Positions 8,632 to 17,058 of a DNA stretch of 24,570 nucleotides are shown one piece after another (within the stretch, counting starts at the first letter, position 1; each line of letters opens with the position of its first letter). The position numbers and the translations under genes are program-made. The notes under the pieces are model-generated. The model worked only from the letters and a program-made list of their open reading frames with translations, was not told where the DNA came from and ran no database searches. The stretch comes from Bacteroidota bacterium (GTDB lineage Bacteria > Bacteroidota > Bacteroidia > NS11-12g > UBA955), in contig JAGWYC010000001.1 in assembly GCA_018969565.1 (NCBI GenBank), positions 1 through 24,570 on the forward strand, read 5' to 3'.

Positions 8632-9752
8632 ACGCCGAACAGCTTTTCGTATTGAGCGAATGCGCTGTCGGAGTAGGCTTGTGCTTTGGCCAGGTTCATA
8701 GCGGCATGGCTCATGTTTCGATATTGGTCACTGTTCATGCGGTATGCGTTTTTGAGTGCATCCAGCCAGGCCTCCGTTTGGCTCACCTCCAGGTCCATAC
8801 CGGCTTGCAGCGCAGCCAGGTTTTTCCAGGGGGTATTGTTGCCAATCAGCACCGGGAGGCCGGCGGCCAGCGCTTCAAATATAGCATGACCAAAGTTCTC
8901 GCCCAGCGTGGGCATGATGAACCAATGCGCCTTTTTGAGTTCGGGTTGCAGTTGTTCCGGGTCCAGGAAGCCTTCCCAATGTGCATGCACATGTTCAGGA
9001 AGTTTGTTCATTGCTTCGCGGAAGGATGCCACGTAGCGCTCATCATTTCCCGGTGCCCCATAGAAAACGATGTTTACCGGAAAGGTCAACTGCTGCAATA
9101 ACTGCAACACAAACAGGTTGTTCTTTTCCGGAGAAATGCGTGCCACGCTGACCAGCTTCAACACCGTTTCAGCCTCGCGCTCCAGCGGAGGCAGGCTCTG
9201 GGGCAGGGCGGCCATATTGGTGGCCCTGAAAATCAACGCACGCGGAAAGACCGCTTTAATATAATCGGCTTCAAAATCATCCACCGCCTGGAAACGCACC
9301 TTGCGAAAGAGGCCCAACATCCAGGCTGCTTTAAGAAACAAGCGCTTGCGCGCCCCTTTAAACTGCAATGCAGTTGGATGCAGCATACCTCTGGGTGCCA
9401 GCACTACCTGCTTACGACATATCTGTGCAGCCAGCAAAGGCAAAAGCGAATAATGCAGGGAGAATATTCCTTGCAGATAAACCAGGTCGGGGTTTTCGTT
9501 TCGAATATGGCGAATGGCGCTATGCAGTCCGCCTTTCGTACCATAGAAGATGCGTTCGTTTTGTTTTCCGCTGACCCATTGGTCGCTGACTACGCCCTGC
9601 ATGGGTTCGCTGCTTCCGTATTCATAGGCTGAGGTCGCCACACTGAAGCGGTATCGGTCTTTCAGGCGTGCAATGAGGTTCACCATGCTGCGCACGGGAC
9701 CCCCGGCGCGGAAGGCCGGCTCGTACCAGTCTATGAACACCAGAATGTGCAT
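8628..9752 (-). CDS. GT4 family glycosyltransferase (374 aa)
   Basis: Start moved to ATG 9752 (MHILVFIDWYEPAFRAGGPVRS), which is TGATG-coupled to the asnB stop. VARISPEKN and ENFGHAIFEALAAG (E-x7-E). Confidence 0.9.
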   Translation of the reverse strand: MHILVFIDWYEPAFRAGGPVRSMVNLIARLKDRYRFSVATSAYEYGSSEPMQGVVSDQWVSGKQNERIFYGTKGGLHSAIRHIRNENPDLVYLQGIFSLHYSLLPLLAAQICRKQVVLAPRGMLHPTALQFKGARKRLFLKAAWMLGLFRKVRFQAVDDFEADYIKAVFPRALIFRATNMAALPQSLPPLEREAETVLKLVSVARISPEKNNLFVLQLLQQLTFPVNIVFYGAPGNDERYVASFREAMNKLPEHVHAHWEGFLDPEQLQPELKKAHWFIMPTLGENFGHAIFEALAAGLPVLIGNNTPWKNLAALQAGMDLEVSQTEAWLDALKNAYRMNSDQYRNMSHAAMNLAKAQAYSDSAFAQYEKLFGV

Positions 9753-11608
9753 CAAAGGGTCAACTTGTTTCGGCGTATGTAATGCCCCATCACGATGTAC
9801 ACCCATACACGGGCCCATGACAACGTTTTATCGCCGGCGCGGAAGCGGTGCCACAGTTGTTCTACTTCGTGGCCATTTACTACCTGAATTTCCTTCAGGG
9901 CCATGATTCCTTCTTCGGCCAATGAGGCCATGGGTCCGCGCAGCCATTCTTCCCAGGGGAAGGTAAAGCCCATTTTCGGGCGATTATACACTTCTTCAGG
10001 AAGCAGATGCCCGAAGGTGTCAATGAGCAGTTTCTTGCCCGGCTTCAGCGGTTTAAACGCGTCAGGCAGAGACAGAACATATTCCAGCAATTGCAGATCC
10101 AGAAAAGGACAACGGATTTCGAAGGCATGGGCCATGGCCATCTGGTCGCTGTCGCGCAGCAGGATATTGGGCAGATAGGTTTGGAGTTCTGCCAGGGTCA
10201 CTTCTGTAACCACACGGCCTTCGGTTTTGATGTTCGAAACGGCCTCTGCGGCGGTATGGTAGGGCTTGGCGCTGATCAGGCCGGCCAGACGTTCCTCGTC
10301 GGTGATGCGGCGCAACTCCGGATACCATTCCCCGAAGGAGAAACCGGGGCGGCTCATGATGCTGTAGAGCTTGTCGGCGCGGGTTCCGGGTTTGAGGCGT
10401 CGGTACCAGTCGGCGAACATACGTCGCAACGGGGTGGGCATTTTTCCGAGGAAGCTCAGTTGCTGCATGCGCTGCGCCAGCGGAAACATCCAATAGCCGC
10501 CGAACAGTTCATCCCCGCCTAAACCGGAGAGCGCCACTGTTATACCGGCGCGCTTTGCGGCACCCGAAACCACATAAGTATTTACCCCGTCGGTAGTGGG
10601 AAAATCCATGGCATCCAGTGCGCGGAGCACATCCTGTTCAATTTCCTGAGGAGTGAGGATGATTTCGGTATGCCGGGTGTTGAATTTCCTGGCCACCTGC
10701 GCAGCGATGGCTGCCTCGTTAAAAGCTTCTTCCTGAAAGCCTATGTTGAAGGTTTGCAGTTCTCCCGGACGGAAGGAAGAGGCCAGCGCTACCACGATGC
10801 TGCTGTCAATGCCACCGGAAAGAAAGGCGCCGAGGGGCACATCGCTCACCATGCGTTTCTCCACGGCGTCGTGCAGCAGCTTGTTTACATCCTTCTTCAC
10901 CCGTTCATAGGGGCCTGTAACCTTGAATTTGTACCGTCCGTCCTGCAGTTCAAAGAAACGCTGCCGTGTGATGGTTCCCTGATGCCAACTGAGTTGCATA
11001 CCGGGCATCAGTTGTTTCACCCCTTTCAGAATCGTATTGGGCGCGTGAACCGTTTGCCAGGAGAAGAACTCTGCAAGCGCCTGAGGGTCGAGCGTGTGCT
11101 GCACCCATCCTGAAGCCAGCATCCCACGGATTTCAGAGCTGAAAATCAGTTTCCCGTCGGCGTGGGTGTAATAGAGCGGTTTTTTTCCTAGGTGGTCGCG
11201 GGCTAAGGTCAGCGTTTGGCTTTGGTGATCCCAGATGGCCACGGCGAACATGCCTTCCAGTTTTGGAATGATATCAAGGCCCCAGCGGCAGAGGCCGGCA
11301 AGGATCACTTCAGTATCTGTCTGGCTTTTATAGGGGTAATCGGCAAGTTGCTTCTTCAGCCATTGATAATTATAGATTTCCCCGTTGAACACCAGGGTAT
11401 AACGCCCGTCATGGCTGTGCATGGGCTGATGCCCTTCCGCAGAAAGGTCAATAATGCTGAGGCGCACATGAGCCAGACCGCAGCCGGGCGTGGTGAAAAT
11501 ACCCCGGTCGTCGGGGCCCCGGTGCCGGATGGCGTTGTTCATGTGCACCAGCCGGTCGTTGAGGCGGAAGGTATCTTCAAGACCGACTATGCCGTTGATG
11601 CCACACAT
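9752..11608 (-). CDS. asnB: Asparagine synthase (glutamine-hydrolysing) family amidotransferase, probably amidating a glycan uronic acid
   Basis: N-terminal MCGING (class II GATase Cys), RHRGPD, RLSIIDLS, FNGEIYN, SDVPLGAFLSGGIDSS (PP-loop), SGLGGDELFGGY, RCPFLD, RPKMGF. The glycan role is inferred from context by analogy to WbpS/WbqG. Confidence 0.93.
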   Translation of the reverse strand: MCGINGIVGLEDTFRLNDRLVHMNNAIRHRGPDDRGIFTTPGCGLAHVRLSIIDLSAEGHQPMHSHDGRYTLVFNGEIYNYQWLKKQLADYPYKSQTDTEVILAGLCRWGLDIIPKLEGMFAVAIWDHQSQTLTLARDHLGKKPLYYTHADGKLIFSSEIRGMLASGWVQHTLDPQALAEFFSWQTVHAPNTILKGVKQLMPGMQLSWHQGTITRQRFFELQDGRYKFKVTGPYERVKKDVNKLLHDAVEKRMVSDVPLGAFLSGGIDSSIVVALASSFRPGELQTFNIGFQEEAFNEAAIAAQVARKFNTRHTEIILTPQEIEQDVLRALDAMDFPTTDGVNTYVVSGAAKRAGITVALSGLGGDELFGGYWMFPLAQRMQQLSFLGKMPTPLRRMFADWYRRLKPGTRADKLYSIMSRPGFSFGEWYPELRRITDEERLAGLISAKPYHTAAEAVSNIKTEGRVVTEVTLAELQTYLPNILLRDSDQMAMAHAFEIRCPFLDLQLLEYVLSLPDAFKPLKPGKKLLIDTFGHLLPEEVYNRPKMGFTFPWEEWLRGPMASLAEEGIMALKEIQVVNGHEVEQLWHRFRAGDKTLSWARVWVYIVMGHYIRRNKLTL

Positions 11609-11631
11609 CGCTGCGAAGTTGGTGTTTTCTC

Positions 11632-12759
11632 TTATTCGTTTGAAAACGATTTACCCATATCCAGGAAGCGCACTGCCCAAATTTCAGGACTATTTGCTGC
11701 GGCGAGCCGGCGACTGTCCTGCGCCATTTTGTACAATTCATGGTCAGGAGTCTTCATCATGCGCAGCAAAGCCGCTTTCAGGCCTTCTTTGTCTGAAGGT
11801 GCGAAACTGAGTCCGTTTATGCCGGGATTGAGGAAAGCGGAGGCTGCACCCACCGCTTCTGAAAGCAGCAGCGGGAATCCGGCAGCGGCATATTCATGTA
11901 CCACCACACCCCAGGGTTCAAACACGCTGGGCAGCACAAAAACACCGGTTTCGGCAATCACCGGTCCCATCTGTTCCGGCTGAATGAAGCCCAGATGGCG
12001 GATATCGGGGTGTACTGCACGTTGTTCCCAGAGGGCTCCGGTTCCCGCGCACCAGAGTTCCCAGTCGCAGGGATATTCTGCCTTGGCTTCCTCAAAAGCC
12101 TGCCACAGGATATCGAGGCCTTTTGCAGGGATATAACGGGCTACGCACAAAAAGCGATGCGGAAATTGTTGTGCTTTACCGGAATCAAATTCATCCGCAT
12201 AAGTATTGAACAAGGCTGTATCAGCGGTATAGGCTCCTTCCGTAATCTGATGGTCCTTAAAACCCAGCTTTTCTGCAAATTCACGCTGGGGTGCACCCGG
12301 TATAAACACATGGCGGAAGATGCGCGGAAATACCTGTGCAGCAGCCAGCGTAAGCATTCGCTGCTTGAATGTACCGGTGTAGTGATTATCGAAACCTGTA
12401 GTAAACACGTAGGTTTTACGCAACTTCCAGGCTACCTTCAGCACTGCGCGACTGGTCCAGTCGGCCACAAAAACCAGTTGAGGCTGCAAGGCGCGGATTT
12501 GTTGTTCGAGTTCTTTTGCGCTGAAGTGACTGCGGTCCACGAGGCGCAAACCGGGTTGATTCCCGAAATTAAAAGGAGCCTCCGGATTAACAGGCAGGCA
12601 GAACACCGTAAGTTCATGACCTGACTTAGCGGCCGTTGCACGCAGGCATGCAAGCATGTATGGAGCCAGTTCACGGAATATCACTGCCACCCTCAGCGAT
12701 GTGCCTGTATTGATACCGTTCACGTTACCTTTGCCTGACAGGTTTTTCTGTACATCCAT
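11632..12759 (-). CDS. GT4 family glycosyltransferase; true start uncertain (ATG 12759, GTG 12723 or GTG 12690)
   Basis: LCVARYIPAKG, GFIQP, VLPSVFEPWGVVVHEYAAAG (E-x7-E), VGAAS. The recognisable domain begins only at LRVAVIFRE. Confidence 0.88.
   Translation of the reverse strand: MDVQKNLSGKGNVNGINTGTSLRVAVIFRELAPYMLACLRATAAKSGHELTVFCLPVNPEAPFNFGNQPGLRLVDRSHFSAKELEQQIRALQPQLVFVADWTSRAVLKVAWKLRKTYVFTTGFDNHYTGTFKQRMLTLAAAQVFPRIFRHVFIPGAPQREFAEKLGFKDHQITEGAYTADTALFNTYADEFDSGKAQQFPHRFLCVARYIPAKGLDILWQAFEEAKAEYPCDWELWCAGTGALWEQRAVHPDIRHLGFIQPEQMGPVIAETGVFVLPSVFEPWGVVVHEYAAAGFPLLLSEAVGAASAFLNPGINGLSFAPSDKEGLKAALLRMMKTPDHELYKMAQDSRRLAAANSPEIWAVRFLDMGKSFSNE
12726..12733 (+). promoter_or_regulatory. 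-7 element (TACCTTTG) for the GNAT-deacetylase-wzy cassette
   Basis: Perfect TAnnTTTG followed by C, 24 nt upstream of ATG 12758. Confidence 0.6.
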
Positions 12760-13699
12760 GCGTGTTCAATTATACGACCCATCCTGGAAAGAACGGGTGA
12801 TACGCCTGACTTTGCATGAATATCCCTTCATGGAGTCGTGGTTCAACAGGCGGTTTGAAGCCTTATACGAACATCCTCTGCAAGAAGGTCGTTGTCGGAT
12901 ATTGCTGGCCACGGAAGGTGAGGCGCTGGCCGGCATGGTTTCATACGTTTACTGGCCACTGGAAGGCACGGGAAAAAACTGCCGCAGCTATCAGATTCTG
13001 GGGGTTCTGGTTTCGCCGGATTTCCGCGGTAAGGGGGTCTTTGCCACCCTGCTCGATGCCATGAAACAGGCCGGAACAGATGACAAGGCTGATTACCTTA
13101 TCGGATTCCCGGTTCCTGCATCCAAACCTGCGTTTGTCAAGAAAGGCTGGACTCATGTTTTCGACCTGAGCTGGTATATCAGACCGCTGAGTATTTTGGC
13201 GGCATTGCGGCGCCGCGCGTTTAAGGGAGGCGCATTTTCATCAGAAGTTCCTGAAAACCTCGAAAGCGACGGATTCATGCAGACCGCTGCCGATTCCAAC
13301 TTCTGGAAGTACCGCAGGGGGCTGATGCCTGAATGGCCTTCCTGGTGGCATGAATTTCAAAAAGACGGTTACCGCGTTTGTATTCAGTTCCGTATTGGCG
13401 TTCGGAAAGGACTGAATGAAGCCATTATAGGGAAGATTTATCCCGGTTCTGCGCCGGCGACAATAATACGTGCTGCTCTGCGAAGCTTGTTCGGTGCATT
13501 GCGAAAAGAAGGCAGCACGGTATTTGTCAGCTTGGCCTTGAATCCATCCTGCAAAACAGAAACGCTCAGAGCCGTTGAAAAAATGTTTCTGAAAACGGGA
13601 AAGCAGATCCATTTCATCAACATGAGTTTCTCCGGTAACACAGATGGGTTTAGTCCGGAGGACTGGAACATGATGAGGGGCGATATAGACACCTGGTAA
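12758..13699 (+). CDS. GNAT family N-acyltransferase (313 aa)
   Basis: Start moved to ATG 12758 (MRVQLYD...). Acyl-CoA binding motif A LVSPDFRGKGVFATL, IGFPVPASKPAFVKKGW, and a C-terminal W.MMRGDIDTW. Confidence 0.8.
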   Translation: MRVQLYDPSWKERVIRLTLHEYPFMESWFNRRFEALYEHPLQEGRCRILLATEGEALAGMVSYVYWPLEGTGKNCRSYQILGVLVSPDFRGKGVFATLLDAMKQAGTDDKADYLIGFPVPASKPAFVKKGWTHVFDLSWYIRPLSILAALRRRAFKGGAFSSEVPENLESDGFMQTAADSNFWKYRRGLMPEWPSWWHEFQKDGYRVCIQFRIGVRKGLNEAIIGKIYPGSAPATIIRAALRSLFGALRKEGSTVFVSLALNPSCKTETLRAVEKMFLKTGKQIHFINMSFSGNTDGFSPEDWNMMRGDIDTW

Positions 13700-13703
13700 A
13701 ACG

Positions 13704-14579
13704 ATGCACTATCAAAAACAACTCCATCCGCTTACCCATCTGATCAAGGCTGCCCTGGGAAACCTGCTGTTCCCAATTACCGGTTTTCCGCAACGTTCCG
13801 GAGATTTGCTGGTATTGAATTTACACAGCACGCCTTTGTCTTCTATTCAAAGTCTGCGTGCTTTAATCACGTTTTTAAGCAGGCATTACACCCTGCAACC
13901 CGCCTCCTACCTGGAAGAACATTACTCAGGTGCTTCCATGGAAGGAAATAAAAAGCCTTCTGTTGTGTTCACGTTTGACGATGGGCTGCGCAACAATCTG
14001 CATGCCGCTGCGTTGCTCGAGGAATTTGGTATCAGCGGTCTTTTTTTCGTTGTACCCGACTTTTTTCTTTCCGAAGAAAACGCTCAGGAGACCTATTACC
14101 GTACCCACATCAGACGTATCATCAACCCGCATTATGACCATTTGCCGGAAGATTTTTGCGCCATGCGCAGCGAAGAACTCCGCGGGCTGAAGCAAAGGGG
14201 GCATGTTATAGGCTCGCACAGCATGAGCCATACAATGGATAAAAAGCAGGATGAAGCACAATTGCAACGAGAAATTGTAGCTTCTAAAGAAGTCATAGAT
14301 CGTTTACTGGAACAGGAAACCACACATTTCTGCGCTCCATTTAATTCACTACAAAGTGTATCACCAAGAGCCATGGAGTTGATTGCGGCACACTATCGTT
14401 ATTTCCACAGCACCTTTCCTGGGAGCAATCTGGAGGATAAAAATCCCATGTTTGTACGCCGGGTAAACGTTGAAGCCTTCTGGCTGAAGGGCGCGGTAAA
14501 ATTCGCGTGCAGCGGGAGCGAATGGAAACGCTGGAAACAGGATGCTGAAGCTTTTATCAATCTGGGTAAAAACACCTGA
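13704..14579 (+). CDS. Polysaccharide deacetylase (CE4/NodB family), no clear signal peptide
   Basis: TFDDG (motif 1), IGSHSMSH (H-x3-H, motif 2), FCAPFN (variant motif 3), GLFFVVP. Confidence 0.9.
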   Translation: MHYQKQLHPLTHLIKAALGNLLFPITGFPQRSGDLLVLNLHSTPLSSIQSLRALITFLSRHYTLQPASYLEEHYSGASMEGNKKPSVVFTFDDGLRNNLHAAALLEEFGISGLFFVVPDFFLSEENAQETYYRTHIRRIINPHYDHLPEDFCAMRSEELRGLKQRGHVIGSHSMSHTMDKKQDEAQLQREIVASKEVIDRLLEQETTHFCAPFNSLQSVSPRAMELIAAHYRYFHSTFPGSNLEDKNPMFVRRVNVEAFWLKGAVKFACSGSEWKRWKQDAEAFINLGKNT

Positions 14580-14588
14580 TACAAGAAG

Positions 14589-15962
14589 ATGTTCCGACTG
14601 CTCACCCTGCTGATGGTTTGCTCCGTGTTCATGGACGACTTCTTCTTTTTCCGTGCACCTTTTGACTTTTACTATTATTATCTTATTTACCTGCTGTTTA
14701 TCATAAGTGTAATAGTAAAGAATAGAAGTCTGAACCTGCTTCCTTCCTGGTTTACCTGGTTCATGCTGGTGTTATATGGCATCAGTCTTGCCGTCAGCAG
14801 CACCTACGATACCCTCGGTTTTCACCTGGTAAAACAATTTCTGGGTATAACCTATTCAGCGATTGCATTTTACCTCTTGCTGAAATCAAACAGTTTCAAT
14901 ATCATGAAGATATTTAACATATATCTTCAGGTGGCTTTCTGGGTGGCGCTTTGGGGTTTGTTTGTGGAATTCCTGATGTTGAACGGGATATTTATTTCAC
15001 AAAAAATCAAAACTACCACTACAGGCTTCTACCGTGTGTATTCGATCATGGGCGAACCCTATTTTCTGGCTGTTGCCCTGATGCCTGCCATGTATTATTG
15101 CCTGTACAGGCTGATCAACGAAGCTTCCTACCGCTATAACATCAGAAATCTATTTCAGGGTGGGGTGATATTTGTGTGCTTTGTGCTGACCTTTTCTTCT
15201 GCGGGCTACATGGGTCTGATTCTGATGGTGGTCATGTATATGTACAGTGCGAATTATTTTTCAATAATCGAAGGCAGGCTTAAGTTTCTGATAATGCCCG
15301 TGATTATTATCTTGTTTTTTACATTTTACAATAATCTTAAAGATGCCTTTTATGAATTCCAGGTTCGGGTGGACGATACGCTGTCAATGTTCCAAACTAA
15401 AGATGGCGTTGTTGATGTAAAAAAGATGTCAAAAGTGAATTCAAGCACCTTTGCCTTATACACCAACTATATTATTGCAAAGGAAAGCTTTCAGCGCAAT
15501 CCCTTGTTTGGATCAGGTCTGGGCTCCCATCCTATTAACTACGACATCACCTTTGCCAAGTATTTTCCTGCTGATTTCACAGAGCGGTTCGGAACCTTCA
15601 ACAAGTTTGATGCTAACAGTTTATTCCTGAGGCTCATGTCAGAAACAGGGCTATTTGGCCTCACTATGCTGTTCCTGTTTCTATTCAGGTTTTTTATGGG
15701 GAAGAAGTATATAGTAAATCCTCATTTACGCGAAATAAATATAGTAAATCAAGGTATTTTTATCTTGATTATAGTGCGCCTGATTCGCACGGGAAGCTAT
15801 TTCGGGAATGGCTTCTTCCTGTTCATTTTCATGTATTATTACACCAACAGGATTGCAAAGGGTAAAATCAGGGTTCCCTGGCTTAACTACGACGGGAAAA
15901 AAACAGCCGATTCGCCTCCTGCAAGCGCTGAAGGCTTAGCCGGGCAACCTTCTCCCAACTGA
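14589..15962 (+). CDS. Wzy polymerase / O-antigen ligase (Wzy_C/WaaL-like) family integral membrane protein
   Basis: About 10-12 hydrophobic segments, R.YSIMGEP, a large loop ending NPLFGSGLG, and DANSLFLRLMSETGLFG. AT-rich: sampled 60-mers were 30-47% GC. Confidence 0.8.
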   Translation: MFRLLTLLMVCSVFMDDFFFFRAPFDFYYYYLIYLLFIISVIVKNRSLNLLPSWFTWFMLVLYGISLAVSSTYDTLGFHLVKQFLGITYSAIAFYLLLKSNSFNIMKIFNIYLQVAFWVALWGLFVEFLMLNGIFISQKIKTTTTGFYRVYSIMGEPYFLAVALMPAMYYCLYRLINEASYRYNIRNLFQGGVIFVCFVLTFSSAGYMGLILMVVMYMYSANYFSIIEGRLKFLIMPVIIILFFTFYNNLKDAFYEFQVRVDDTLSMFQTKDGVVDVKKMSKVNSSTFALYTNYIIAKESFQRNPLFGSGLGSHPINYDITFAKYFPADFTERFGTFNKFDANSLFLRLMSETGLFGLTMLFLFLFRFFMGKKYIVNPHLREINIVNQGIFILIIVRLIRTGSYFGNGFFLFIFMYYYTNRIAKGKIRVPWLNYDGKKTADSPPASAEGLAGQPSPN

Positions 15963-17058
15963 ATTCAGCAGCTTTTTTCGCCGAGGCAATCTGCATGGCG
16001 TGTAGTTGGTTCGTATTGCTTTGTAATAGCTCCAATAATGACGCTTTTAATGACGAAGCGCTGCCGGGTTCAATTAAACGACCGTTGGCGCTGGAAACCA
16101 GCAGCGATACGGCTCCAACATTGGTAGCCAGCACAGGCAGCCCACTGGCCATGGCTTCGAGAATTACGGTTGGCATACCTTCACTGTACGAAGGACAAAC
16201 CAGGATATCCGAGCTGTGGTAAATGGTACGTATCTTCTGCTCGTCTCGGAGGGGACCGTAATAATGTACCTGTGGATGCTTCACCCTGTGCTCCTGCGGA
16301 ATATCGCCGATGAAGGAGAACCTGAGTTGTTCTGGGAAAACATCAAGCACTTCAGGAATAACCTGATTGAGCAAATCGAGGCCCTTGCGCCATTCGTAAC
16401 GCCCCACAAACAAAATCGTGCGTACAGTAGAGGTTTTATCTCCCTCAACCTTTTCTAGCCATTGATCATCTATGCCTACGGGCAGTTCAATGATGTTGCG
16501 CCCCGGAGCTTCTTTGCGGATAATATCCGATAATTTCCCCCCAAGCGAAACCACCGCATCTGCCCTGCGCATCAGTTTTCTTGCAGGAATACGGAGCATC
16601 AGGCCATTCATCCGATTCCTGATACCACGAAGAGGCTGGAACATCTCCATGCCATGCAGGTTCAGCACTACAGGTGTTGTTTTTTGGGCTGAACAAACAC
16701 TCTTCCAGCCACTGAAACCCTGCACATAAACCGCATCAACCTTGTGTTCCCTGATGATGCGGTCAACGGCCCTGCTGTACTGATAGTTCCGAAACAGATA
16801 ATGTCCGGGAAATGAAGGAACAGCAGGCCAAGGCACATAGATACAGTGGATGGCCTTTTGCTGTTGTTCTGTAAACACCTGCTCAGGCAGCAGGTCGCGG
16901 TGGGGATGAAACAAGAACACCCGGGCCCCGGCTTCGGCAAGGTGGGCAGCGAGCTTCGCTGAATGTTTCTGCATTCCGCCTATACTCAGGGGAAACAGCC
17001 CGTCGGTAACCAGGGCTATGCGAAATGGCTCAGGATGTATGCTGCCTGTTGATTCCAT
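15883..17058 (-). CDS. GT4 family glycosyltransferase
   Basis: IALVTDGLFP..IGGMQKH, LFVGRYEWRKG, CPSYSEGMPTVILEAMASGLPVLATNVG, FSWE. Confidence 0.93.
   Translation of the reverse strand: MESTGSIHPEPFRIALVTDGLFPLSIGGMQKHSAKLAAHLAEAGARVFLFHPHRDLLPEQVFTEQQQKAIHCIYVPWPAVPSFPGHYLFRNYQYSRAVDRIIREHKVDAVYVQGFSGWKSVCSAQKTTPVVLNLHGMEMFQPLRGIRNRMNGLMLRIPARKLMRRADAVVSLGGKLSDIIRKEAPGRNIIELPVGIDDQWLEKVEGDKTSTVRTILFVGRYEWRKGLDLLNQVIPEVLDVFPEQLRFSFIGDIPQEHRVKHPQVHYYGPLRDEQKIRTIYHSSDILVCPSYSEGMPTVILEAMASGLPVLATNVGAVSLLVSSANGRLIEPGSASSLKASLLELLQSNTNQLHAMQIASAKKAAEFSWEKVARLSLQRLQEANRLFFSRRS

Noticed and set aside
11609-11631. Near-consensus promoter-like words upstream of asnB (CAACTTCG) and of the LpxD-like gene (TAAATTTC, 23846-23853)
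   Set aside because: They mismatch conserved positions and cannot be told from chance without start-site data.
15709-15750. 12-bp direct repeat ATATAGTAAATC at 30-bp spacing in wzy
   Set aside because: Only two short, AT-rich, in-frame copies (YIVNP/NIVNQ); compatible with chance or a tiny local duplication.
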